NCBI RefSeq assembly: GCF_048593235.1
Contig: NC_133621.1
Location: forward strand, 254,221,238-254,254,237
Direction of reading: 5' to 3'
Source: Sminthopsis crassicaudata
Lineage: Eukaryota
DNA length: 33,000 nucleotides
Shown here: one piece after another, positions 11,798 to 22,587 of the stretch
Numbering within the stretch: position 1 is the stretch's first letter
Layout: every line of letters starts with the position of its first letter
Notes under the pieces: generated by a model
Told to the model about the DNA's origin: nothing
The model's database searches: none
The model's input: the letters and a program-made list of their open reading frames with translations, nothing else
Made by a program: the position numbers and the translations under genes

Positions 11798-12348
11798 CTG
11801 CTCCCCAGTGGGATCATAAAAAATTTCAACCTTTAACTTAAGCAGGTTGGGAAGTTTTAATCATTTGATAAGAGAACATTCAATTTTCCATGTATATAAG
11901 TGTTCCCTCAAATCCTGAATGAGAGTCTACTTTTATTTGTCTACTCAAGGATATTTGATTTGTATCTTTGACACCATGTGATAATAATGGTTTAACTTCT
12001 TCGCCATCCAGAATGCTCCAGTACATATGTATGAGTATTTTTTTTACATTATCCCTTGTATTCATTTTTCCAAATTTTCCCCTCCCTCCCCTAGATGACA
12101 GGCAATCCCATACATATTAAATGTGTTACAATATAACCTAGATACAACATATGTGTGTAAATCCAATTTTCTTGTTGCACGGTAAGAATTGGATTGCGAA
12201 GGTATAAGTAACCTGGGTAGAAAGACAGTAGTGCAAACAGTTTACATTCAATTCGCAGTGTTCCTTCTCTGGGTGTAGTTGTTTCTGACCATCATTGATC
12301 AACTGGAAGTGAATTGGATCTTCTTTATGTTGAAGATATCCACTTCAT

Positions 12349-15300
12349 TCAGAATATGTCTTCATACAGTATTGTTTTTGAAGTGTATAGTGATCTCCAG
12401 GTTCTGCTCTTTTCACTCAGCATCAGTTGATGTAAGCCTCTCCAAGCCTCTCTGTATTCATCATGCTGTTCATTTCTTGCAGAGCAATAATATTCCATAA
12501 TGTTCATATACCATAATTTATCCAACCATTCTCCAATTGATGGACATCCATTCATTTTCCAGTTTCTAGCCACTACAAAAAGAGCTGCCACAAATATTTT
12601 GGCACATATAGGTCCCTTTCCCTTCTTTAGTATTTCTTTGGGATATAGTCCCAGTAGTAGCACTTTTGGATCAAAGGGTATGCACAGTTTGATAACTTTT
12701 TGGGCATGGTTCAAAATTGCTCTCCTGAATGGCTCGATTCTTTCACAACTCCACCAACAATGCATCAGTGTCCCTGTTTTCCCACATCCCCTCCAACATT
12801 CATCTTTATCTTTTCCTGTCATCTTAGCCAATCTGACAGGTGTATAGTGGTATCTCAGAGTTGTCTTAATTTGCATTTCTCTGATTAGTAGTGATTTGGA
12901 ACACTCTTTGATATGAGTGGATATAGTTTCAATTGCATCATCTGAAAATTGTCCGTTCATATCTTTTGACCATTTATCAATTGGAGAATGGTTTGATTTC
13001 TTATAAATTAGAGTCAATTCTTTATATATTTTGGAAATGAGGCCTTTATCAGAACCTTTAATTGTAAAAATATTTTCCCAATTTGTTACTTCGCTTCTAA
13101 TTTGTTTGCATTAGTTTTGTTTGTACAAAAGCTTTTAAAATTTGATGTAATCAAAATCTTCTATTTTGTGATCAATAATGATGTCCAGTTCTCCTTTGGT
13201 TATAAATTCCTTCCTCCTCCACAGGTCTGAGAGGGAGACTATCCTCTGTTCCTCTAGTCTATTTATGATCTCATTCTTTATGCCTAAATCATGGAGCCAT
13301 TTTGATCTTATGTTGGTATATGGTGTTAAGTGTGGGTCCATATCTAATTTCTGCCATACTAATTTCCAGTTTTCCCAACAGTTTTTTTCAAATAATGAAT
13401 TCTTATCCCAAAGTTGGTATCTCTGGGTTTGTCACACACTAGATTGCTATAGTTGTGTCCTATTTGTCCTGTGTACCTAATCTGTTCCACTGATAGACTA
13501 GTCTATTTCTTAACCAATACCAAATGGTTTTTGTGACTGCTGCTTTTTAATTTAGCTTTAAATCAGGTACAGCTAGACTACCTTCATCTGACTTTTTTTC
13601 ATTAATTCCCTTTAAATTCTCGACCTCTTATTCTTCCATATGAATTTTGTTGTTTTTTTTCTAGGTCATTAAAATAGTTTCTTGGGAGTCTGATTGGTAT
13701 AGCACTAAATAAATAGATTAGTTTGGGGAGTATTGTCATCTTTATTATGTTCGCTCAGCCTATCCAAGAGCAATTAATGTCTTTCCAATTATTTAAATCT
13801 GACTTTATTTTTGTAGCAAGTGTTTTGTAATTTTGCTTATATAATTCCTGACTTTTCTTTAGTAGATGGATTCCCAAATATTTTATACTCTCACCATTTG
13901 TTTTGAACGGGATTTCTCTTTGTATCTCTTGCTGTTGCATTTTGTTGGTGATGTATAAAAGTGCTAAGGATTTATGTGGGTTTATTTTGTATCCAGCAAC
14001 TTTGCTAAAGTTGTGAATTATTTCTAATAACATTTTATTAGAATCTCTGGGGTTCTCTAAGTATACACCATCATATCATCTGCAACGAGTTATAGTTTGA
14101 TTTCCTCATTACCTACTCTTATTCCTTTAATCTCTTTCTCGACTCTTATTGCCGAGGCTAGCATTTCTAATACAATATTGAATAGTAATGGTGATAGTGG
14201 GCAATCTTGTTTCACTCCTGATCTTACTGGAGAAGGTTCCAGTTTATCTCCATTACATATTATACTTTCTGATGGTCTTAAATATATGCTCCTGACTATT
14301 TTAAGGAATAGTCCATTTATACTCTCAAGTGTTTTTAATAGGAATGGATGTTGTATTTTATCAAATGCTTTTTCTGCATCTATTGAGATGATCATATTTT
14401 TTTAATTTGATTATTAATATGGTCAATTATACTAATAGTTTTCCTAATATTAAACCAGCCCTGGTATAAATGGTATAAATCCTACTTGATCATAATGTAT
14501 TATCCAAGGGGTGATTTTCTGAAGTCTTTTTGCTAATATCTTATTTAAGATTTTGGCATCAATATTCATTAAGGAGATTGGTCTATAGTTTTCTTTCTCA
14601 ATTTTCAACCTACCTGGTTTAGGTATCAGTACCATGTCTGTGTCATAAAAGAAGTTTGATAGGACTTCTTTATCCCCTATTTTTTCAAATTGTTTATATA
14701 ACATTGGGGCTAATTGTTCTTTAAATGTTTGGTAGAATTTACATGTAAATCCATATGGTCCTGGGGATTTTTTCCTGGGGAGTTGATTAATAGCTTGTTC
14801 TATTTCTTTTTCTGAAATGGGACTATTTAAGCAATTTACCTCCTCCTTTGTTAATCTAGGAAGCCTATATTTTTGGAGGTAGTCATCCATTTCACTTAGG
14901 TTATCAAATTTATTGGCATAAAGTTGAGCAAAGTAATCCCTTATTATTTTTTCTAATTTCCTCTTCATTGGTAGAAAGATCCCCCTTTTCATTTTTAAGA
15001 CTAACAATTTTATTTTCCTCTTTCCTTTTTCTGATCAGATTTATCAAAGGTTTATCTATTTTATTGACTTTTTCATAAAACCAACTCTTAGTTTTATTTA
15101 TTAATTCAATAGTTTTTTTACTTTCATTATTATTTATTTCTCCTTTTAATTTTAGAATTTCAAGTTTAGTTTTTGGTTGGGGGTTTTTAATTTGGTCTTT
15201 TTCTAGCTTTTTAAGTTGTAGGCCCAATTCATTGATCTTCTCTTTCTCTGTTTTATTCAAGTAAGAATCTAAAGATATAAAATTTCCCCTAATTACTGCT

Positions 15301-16771
15301 TTAGCTACATCCCATAAATTTTGGTATGATGTCTCATCATTATCATTATCTTGGGTGAAATTATTAATTGTTTCTATAATTTGCTGTTTCATCCAGTCAT
15401 TCTTTAAGATGAGATTATTTAGTTTCCAATTACTTTTTGGTCTATTTATCCCTAACTTCTTGTTGAATGTAGTTTTTATTACATTGTGATCTGAGAAGAA
15501 GGCATTTACTATTTCTGCCTTCCTGCATTTAATTTTGAGATCTTTATGTCCCAATATATGATCAATTTTTGTATAGGTTCCATGGACTACTGAGAGAAAA
15601 GTATACTCCTTTCTATCACCATTCAATTTTCTCCAAAGATCTATCATACCTAATTTTTCTTTTTCTTTTTCTTTTTTATTCATTTTTCCAAATTATTCCC
15701 TCCCTCCCTCCACTCCCTCCCCCCGATGGCAGGTAATCCCATACATTTTACATGTGTTACAATATAACCTAGATACAATATATGTTTGTAAATACCATTT
15801 TCTTGTTGCACCTTAATTATTAGCTTCCGAAGGTATAAGTAACCTGGGTAGATACACAGTTGTTCTAACAATTTACATTCGCTTCCCAGTGTTCCTTCTT
15901 TGGGTATAGTTATTTCTGTCCATCATTGATCAACTGGAAGTGAGTTGGATCTTCTTTATGTTGAAGATTTCCACTTCCATCAGAATACATCCTCATACAG
16001 TATTGTTGTTGAAGTGTATAGTGATCTTCTGGTTCTGCTCATTTCACTCAGCAACAGTTGATTTAAGTCTCTCTAAGCCTCTCTGTATTCCTCCTGCTGG
16101 TCATTTCTTACAAAGCAATAATATTCCATAACCTTCATATACCACAATTTACCCAAACATTCTCCAATTGATGGACATCCATTCAACTTCCAGTTTCTAG
16201 CTACAACAAAAAGAGCTGCCACAAACATTTTGGCACATACAGCATACCTAATTTTTCAATGATCTATTTACCTTTTTAATTTCTTTCTTATTTGTTTTGT
16301 GGTTTGATTTATCTAATTCTGAGAGTGCAAGGTTGAGATCTCCCACTATTATAGTTTTGCTGTCTATTTCTTCTTACAACTTTCTTAACTTTTCCTTTAG
16401 GAAGTTAGATGCTATACCACTTGGTGCATATATGTTTAGTATTGATATGGCTTCATTGTCTATGCTACCTTTTAGCAGGATATAGTTCCTTCCTTATCTT
16501 TTTTAATTAGATCAATTTCTGCTTTTGCTGGATCTGAGATAAGGATGGCAACCCCTGCTTTTTTGGCTTCACCTGAAGCATAATATATTCTGCTCCATCC
16601 TTTTACCTTTATTCTGTATGTATCTCCCTGCTTTAAATGTGTTTCCTGTAAACAACATATTGTAGGGTTTTGTCTTTTGATCTAGTCTGCTATCCACCTC
16701 TATCTAATGGGAGAGTTCATCCCATTCACATTTACAGTTAAATTTACTAATTCTGTATTTCCTGACATCAT
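12349..16771 (-). pseudogene. L1 ORF2 (endonuclease / reverse transcriptase / Cys-rich), broken by stops, frameshifts and a nested insertion
   Basis: Start MMSGNTE...TVNVNGMNSP at 16771. EN motifs CCLQETHLK, TYTKIDHILGH, FFSDHN. RT motifs [49 protein letters not shown] and VADD (catalytic FADD-like, about 14070-14081). C-domain [16 protein letters not shown]. The span minus the nested insert is about 3.8 kb, the size of a full ORF2. Confidence 0.93.
15660..16242 (-). mobile_element. Nested 5'-truncated L1 3'-end (about 580 bp) inside the host ORF2, with 15-bp TSD
   Basis: TSD catacctaatttttc at 15645-15659 and 16243-16257; T-rich tail 15660-15677. The body parallels host 12060-12610, and host ORF2 resumes on both sides. 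Confidence 0.95.
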
Positions 16772-17248
16772 ATTATCCCCTGATTATGTTTTTTTCCTTG
16801 TCTCCCCTGAACTCCGTCCCCAGTATTCAATTTATGGACCCCACTTGTGACACACAGCCCTCCCTTTTTAGTATCCCTCTCCGCATCTTATAAATCCCTT
16901 CCCCTTTCTTGTACCCTTCCCTTATTCCTCTTCCTTTTCCTTTTTCTTATCCCCCCTTATAATGAGGTGAGAGAGAATTCTCTGAAAAACAAATATGTCA
17001 ATTATTTCCTCTTTGAGCCTACTCTGATGAGAGTAAGATTCACACAATGTTTCTCCCCCTTTCTAAATTCCCTCCGATGTGGTAAATTTTCTATGCTTCT
17101 TCCTGGGATGTAGTTTCTTTCTTTTTATCTCTCCTTTCCCTTTTTTTGATACTATCCCCTTCCCTTTACTATTCCCCCCCCCCTTTTTTAAAGTTATCAG
17201 TAAAATCAAATTACCCATGTGGACTTTCTGACAACAGAGATACAGTTC

Positions 17249-17598
17249 TCAAGAGTTCTTTTTACCTTTTTCTGCTTCTCTTGTGTCTTGTGGATGTAGA
17301 TCAAATCTTTTGTTTAAGTCTGGTTTTTTTCTTAGAAACAAATGGAATTCCTCTGTTTCATTTCAGGACGTTTTTATTCTCTATCATAGCTTCTTTTTCC
17401 TGTCCCCATTTTTCTTCAAACTCTCTTAACTTTTTAATAGTCTCTCCTAAGAGAGAGTTATGTGATGGGGGGGGGGCAGGTATCATTCCCCTTTAGGGTG
17501 TTATCTGGAGACTGTCTACTGTTAGCCTCCTCGGGGTTGGATACCCATTCTTTCTCTGAATAGAAGTTGTCAATCATTCTCTTCAGTTTCTTACTCAT
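17249..17598 (-). pseudogene. L1 ORF1 remnant with large internal deletion
   Basis: ATG at 17598 (MSKKLKRMIDNFYSEKE...); frameshift in a C-run; ...EKWGQEKEAMIENKNVLK joined at about 17360 to a C-terminal-like NETEEFHLFLRKKPDLNKRFDL...KNS* (stop 17249-17251). About 117 codons versus roughly 330-350 for a typical ORF1p. Confidence 0.8.
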
Positions 17599-18553
17599 TG
17601 TCAACACTCTGTGTGGGGTCTGCCCTTTGGGTAGGAAATTTATCAGCTTCCTCCTAGACTGGGATAGATTGCCGCTATCCTGTGTCTGAACTAAGAGAGA
17701 GCTCTGGGAAAGAGTTCCCTTCCCTGCCGGAAGTGACTTAGAGATGGTTAGCATGGCCACGTTGCAAGGTGTGCCCAGGGAAGGACCCTTGTTGTGTGGC
17801 CTAGCGACTGCCCTGAGACTAGAGGCTCTACAGTTAAAAAGTCACAAACCCTAGCCAAAGCCTCCTGTGGGGCTGTGGATATTAGCAGCTGAAGCGAAAA
17901 GCCCCTGTACTAAAACCAGAAGTGTCTACCTGGAAAGCATAGTCCCTGCTGGGAAAGTTCCACTATTATGAGAGTTCTTCTGCTACTGGAGTTTCACTAC
18001 AGGGAGAATTCCACTGCCTCAGGCTGAGCCCCTCACTATGGATTAGAGGCTGCCCCAAGCTGTGTCCCCCTCTGTTCAGGTTCTTAATTGCCCCAAGGAA
18101 AAGCCCCGGACAGCAGCAGGCAGCTGCACAGCTGTGCTGTTATCTGTTAGGCCACTTCTGGTTTGGGGTGATTATATTTTCTGGCTATTGCTTTAACATG
18201 GCTTTGATTTCTCTTCTTATCTGCTATTTTATAAGCAGAGTAGAGTTATCAGCCTATGCCAGATTCTTCTATCTCAGTGGCTTCTCTGATCCCAGGGTTC
18301 TTTACAGCCCGTTTGGCATAGTGTGCTAGCCCCAATCCAACATTGTTTGTGCTGATCTTTTTTTTCCTCCCCTCAGAACTGACCTTTTCTGTTGAAATTC
18401 CAGAATCTCTTCAGCTGGTAAGTTGTTCTTCTAATCCTTGTGGTTTTTATCAGTCCAGCGTTATTTTTGAGGCTGATTTAACTCATTGGTATTGAGGGAA
18501 GAAAGGAGCTTAGAAATTTGCCTGTATCTTCTTCGCCATCTTGGCTCCGCCCC
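17599..18553 (-). promoter_or_regulatory. L1 5' UTR / internal Pol II promoter with YY1-type motif (CAAGATGGCG) near the 5' end
   Basis: About 950 bp upstream of the ORF1 ATG, GC-richer, with several retained CpGs. The YY1 site near the 5' end of mammalian L1 is established knowledge. Activity is not shown. Confidence 0.65.
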
Positions 18554-18837
18554 TACTCTTCTCTCTCTTGCCTTAATCTAATAACTTTCCCCAGAGCCAG
18601 CATATTTCTTCCTGCTTTTAACATTCATTTATCTATACTTCAACAAATATTCTATATTTTACTCTTAGAGTAATCCAGACAAGAAATAATGAATGCCTTT
18701 ATTAGCCTTAGAATGGCAAAATTGGGAATGAAAGAGCAAGAATGAAGAGATATTACAGGGGTGTTACCATTAAGATTTGGTTATGCTGTAGGGACATGTA
18801 TACATATATACCAAAACAGCTAACACCAGGGATTATT

Positions 18838-19026
18838 ATTTTTTTTTACTTAAAGATTTTTAAAAATTAATTTTATAATTATAACATTTTTAACAGTACA
18901 TATGCATAGGTAATTTTTTACAACATTATCCCTTGTACTCCCTTCTGTTCTGAATTTTTCCCCTCCTTCCCTCCACCCCCTCCCCTAGAGGGCAGGAATT
19001 CCCATACATATTAAATATGTTATAGT
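18838..19026 (-). mobile_element. Very short (about 190 bp) L1 3'-UTR insertion with 15-bp TSD
   Basis: TSD acaccagggattatt at 18823-18837 and 19027-19041. The body is nearly identical to 8055-8215. Confidence 0.93.
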
Positions 19027-19224
19027 ACACCAGGGATTATTTAAATGTTATTTTTTACCTACAATTCCCAGAAATTATTTTAAAATTGACAAGTGAATAA
19101 AAACTATGAGAAATTCAAATTTTAAAAAATTGGTTATGGAAGAAGTGAAAGAAAGAAGAGTCATATATGACAAGGATCATTACAAAAGTGAAATTTTCAT
19201 GGACATAATCAGTTATGTTTGACA

Positions 19225-19330
19225 TAGTGTATTTGAGATGCTTGTAGAATATTTAGATAGTCCAGCAGGGAATTGGAAACATGAGTCTGGAGAAACATCT
19301 ACATTGGAGATATAGATTGAGTAATTATTT
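19225..19330 (-). mobile_element. L2 fragment
   Basis: 'tagtccagcagggaattggaaacatgagtctggag...ggagatatagatt' is an antisense L2 pattern. Confidence 0.45.
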
Positions 19331-19409
19331 TACAGGTTCATAATCTGACCCAACATTATCTATCCAGCTTTGTTTCCCATCAATTTCTTTTACTTAAACT
19401 TAATAACTT

Positions 19410-19530
19410 AGTAAAATGAATGCTCCCTGCAGGGAGAGATTTTTTTGTTTGTTTATTTTAGTCTTTGGAGTCTCAACTCTTAAGATAATATCTGGCAGAC
19501 AGTAGGCAGTTAATAAGTTTTTGTAAATCA
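19410..19530 (+). mobile_element. L2 3'-end fragment
   Basis: 'gctccctgcagggagagat...tctggcagacagtaggcagttaataag'. Confidence 0.5.
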
Positions 19531-19569
19531 AATTAGGCATGGGTTAAATCATAATACTTGTCAACATTT

Positions 19570-19805
19570 ACAATGCATAGTGTTATATGTCTACAAAGTA
19601 CTATTTCATACATCATCTCAATTTATCCTCACAATCACTCATCCAAGAAAGGCTTACAAGAATTTTAGTCCTCACTTTACTGGAGCCATGGGTTGAAGTG
19701 AATGGGGTGGGGAAGAAAAATCAATCACAGTATGACTGATTTTTCATATGTTTAAATAACTATAGAACTGGGATTGGATCTCAGTCTTTCAAGCTCTTTA
19801 TTCCA
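19570..19805 (-). mobile_element. MIR SINE (degraded)
   Basis: 'catacatcatctcaatttatcctcacaatc...agaactgggattggatctcagtct'. Confidence 0.5.
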
Positions 19806-20363
19806 ATTAACTCAACCCACCCCTCTCCCTGCACTAGCATGATTATAAAGTAAGGAGCTTGTTATATTTCCATTGACTATTTTTTAAAAGTAGATTGTAT
19901 TAAGAGATTGGGATTCAACATTAGGAGGAATTTTTAGACTAATGTTAACAGTAAGATATATAATAGAAATCAACTATAAGGAAGATAGTTTTTAGAGGCT
20001 TAGGAATAGATTAGAGAGATGACTTTTCATTTTACCTAAGTAGCTAGTTTCTATTCATGTATTCTAGATCCAGCCATCAAAGATGGCTTCCTAGGAATGG
20101 AGGTAATTGAGAAAGGAATAAATTCTCTAATGTGCTAAAGGAAATGTACTATCTTTGTTTTAAAAAAAAATAATTATAGATGCAAAACTTTTCAAGGTAT
20201 ATGTACAATATTAGACCTGTCAGGTATTCTATTTTCATACTATGCGATTCATACAGCATCACTGCCATTTCCTAGTCCTGTGCCAAATAGAGTAGGAAAA
20301 GATTACCTTGACTGATCCCATCTACCTTTTATGAGATGGTAGGAACATAAACATATATATGTA

Positions 20364-20567
20364 NNNNNNNNNNNNNNNNNNNNNNNNNNNNNNNNNNNNN
20401 NNNNNNNNNNNNNNNNNNNNNNNNNNNNNNNNNNNNNNNNNNNNNNNNNNNNNNNNNNNNNNNNNNNNNNNNNNNNNNNNNNNNNNNNNNNNNNNNNNNN
20501 NNNNNNNNNNNNNNNNNNNNNNNNNNNNNNNNNNNNNNNNNNNNNNNNNNNNNNNNNNNNNNNNNNN
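20364..20567. other. Assembly gap (204 N)
   Basis: Run of N, preceded by 'acatatatatgta', so possibly a collapsed microsatellite. Confidence 1.
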
Positions 20568-20857
20568 ACAAAGCAAAGGAAGGAGATGTTAAAGTAATCT
20601 CAAGATCAGAGTATTTATTTATTTTTCTAGCTACAGCTATAATACCTTTCAACTTGGCCAACTGGTATAAAGGCATAGAAGACTTAGAAGAAATTGGATT
20701 TGAATTCCAACTCTGATATTTACAAATGAAAAAAAAATCAATTAAATAAAAGGTTTGGGCTAGGTATCTGCCCTTCTTTTTAGTTCTTAAATTCAGTCTA
20801 TGGCTATAGTCATAGAGAACCTATGGCTTTTCTGAACCTGTGTGTGTAGCATCCATC

Positions 20858-20910
20858 AACAATTGAATCAATCATTAAACACTTATTGAGTGCCTACTGT
20901 GCCAGACACA
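20858..20910 (-). mobile_element. L2 3'-terminal fragment
   Basis: 'aatcaatcattaaacacttattgagtgcctactgtgccagaca'. Confidence 0.6.
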
Positions 20911-20929
20911 AATACCTAAAAAGCAACTT

Positions 20930-21140
20930 GAAGTAGGGATATAAAAAACCATCCTTGGAATCAGGAAGACTCTTATCTCAGATGTTCAATGGCTACATGC
21001 ATGATCCTGAAAAACCAATTAATCTCTCAATATACACAGGCCATTCCTTCAGACAAATTTGAAGTTGCAAGTGGCAAACTACATTCCTAGTGGGAGATTC
21101 TTAACTGAAAATTCACTACATGAATGAAATTATACGTCTT
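20930..21140 (+). mobile_element. Marsupial CORE-SINE (Mar3/MdoRep-like; subfamily uncertain)
   Basis: Head 'cttggaatcaggaagac' and tail 'gaagttgcaag...gggagattcttaactg...aatgaaatta', apparently the reverse complement of the element at 9438-9565. Confidence 0.45.
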
Positions 21141-21575
21141 TACCACTCCCTTTCCCTTTCAAAAAATGTCCAAAGCACTGTGTGAGGCCTTGTAGGTTTT
21201 CTTCTAATTTTTCTTCTCCTCTTAAGCCCTCTCCAAAATCTGCCTGACTTAAGTTTCAGGACCCAGAAATGAGTAGGGCACTCTGATAGAGGTCTATATT
21301 ACACAGCAGATAAAAGAAACCTTATCTCACACAATACCAGACCAAAATCTTATTTATAAACTCTAATATTATACTTGTTTCTGAATGACAACTCTACCTC
21401 ACTAGCTTGTTTTGTTTCTTCTTTCTTGTTTATGTCATGTACCTACATGCCTCCTTGTGTCCCCAACCCCTGCTTAGTAATGAGTATCAGCAATAGTTAA
21501 ATGTGAATTGACTTACTAATAGAAGTGACCCTCCTGAAGCTGTCAAGGCCAATGCAATGAATGGTTCTGGTTGAA

Positions 21576-21664
21576 CAGCTGTTTTGTTTACATTTTCCAA
21601 AATTTGATGCATCTGTCATGTCTATATAAAATTTACTAAGACAAACACCAAACCAGTAATTGGT
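21576..21664. repeat. 89-bp local direct repeat, copy X1 (partner 22588-22676)
   Basis: Ungapped hand alignment gives 82/89 identity. Confidence 0.95.
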
Positions 21665-21789
21665 CCCCAGTCTAAGAATATGCTGGTGAGAAGCAACCTG
21701 TGCCATATGATGGCAGGTTCCTGAATTGGGTGATCACATTAGTCTTCTGCCATCATGTTGACCCATTCTATCAATATTTAGCGGTCATA

Positions 21790-21960
21790 TATTTTTAATG
21801 TATTCAACAATCCTTTATTGCTGCGCTATGAGGTAGGTCAGGATTAGCTTCATTTTACATATGAAAAATATAAGGCAGTGGTAGGGTTAAATGACTTTGC
21901 CAAGTCAAACAACGAGTTGATGGCAAATCTAAGATTAGACCAGTCTTCTGACTGAGAGTG
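21790..21960 (-). mobile_element. MIR SINE
   Basis: 'ctatgaggtagg...cattttacatatgaaaaatataaggc...gggttaaatgactttgccaagtca...gtcttctgact'. Confidence 0.55.
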
Positions 21961-22247
21961 AGGGCAATGAGCCATGAGATCTCCCTTTCTTTGAAATAAT
22001 TTATCAAGCACTTATTGAAAATCAAGACAAATTAGGTTTGAGGCTATCTTTTCTTTTCAACTAAGCCTTTATAGGGAAAGTGGCCTAGAAATATTATTTT
22101 TCTGTTGTCAAGAGAGTGCATAATAAAACAAATAGCATGCATAATGAGGTCTTGTGCGTGAATAGATAAATGAATGTTGAATTAAGTTGAATGTTTTATG
22201 GAATTGCATTTAGAATTAAGAAGAGACTATTCTCTTATGAACCCAAT

Positions 22248-22401
22248 TTTTATAATGGAAAACTATCTTCTTTGTATAGTTGACTACTTGAAGTCAATGT
22301 TATACAGTGGAAAGATGTCATAGTAAATTGACATTTTTTCAGGATTTGGGTATAATTTAACCTAAATTTATATTTTTCAGGTTTTTGGTATAACTTAACC
22401 T
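22248..22401. repeat. Local repeat Y1: 32-bp block (22248-22279), 39-bp block (22326-22364) and a degenerate tandem copy (22370-22401); partners at 24154-24185 and 24594-24632
   Basis: Hand alignment gives 29/32 and 37/39 identity. Confidence 0.9.
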
Positions 22402-22587
22402 TTACCTTATCCATTTGTGACACACCCTGTATATAAGGTTCAGGACAGAGAGGTGCACTGTCATTTATCACAGTATCATACCTATATGAAATGGATAGGT
22501 TCATATTCTCAAAGTTCTGATCTCATGTTTGTATTCTGAAGCAATGACTTTATTTCACATTTTCCTAAGCATTTGTTCTGCCTTCAG

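Larger units (their letters stand above)
12019..18553 (-). mobile_element. Near-full-length inactive L1 (5' UTR, internally deleted ORF1, spacer, disrupted ORF2, 3' UTR without tail)
   Basis: 5' terminus GGGGCGGAGCCAAGATGGCG at 18553-18534 on the minus strand. ORF1 and ORF2 remnants are in L1 order. The 3' UTR aligns with the other L1 ends in the window but stops at about 12019. No poly(A) or TSD found. Confidence 0.95.

Noticed and set aside
11880-12065. 61-aa minus-strand ORF (…LDGEEVKPLLSHGVKD…) as a gene
   Set aside because: It starts within the L1 3' UTR, has no convincing splice sites and no recognisable domain; kept only as an alternative reading of the 13-mer.
12279-17496. Plus-strand ORFs within the large L1 (e.g. 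12500-12847, 13178-13480, 14097-14405, 17146-17496) and 8799-8993
   Set aside because: Antisense frames of L1; near-identical peptides recur in separate L1 copies.
12019-18553. An active, autonomous L1
   Set aside because: ORF1 is internally deleted and frameshifted, ORF2 has stops, frameshifts and a nested insertion, and there is no poly(A) tail.
20322-20676. ORFs spanning the second gap
   Set aside because: Mostly X residues from the N run.
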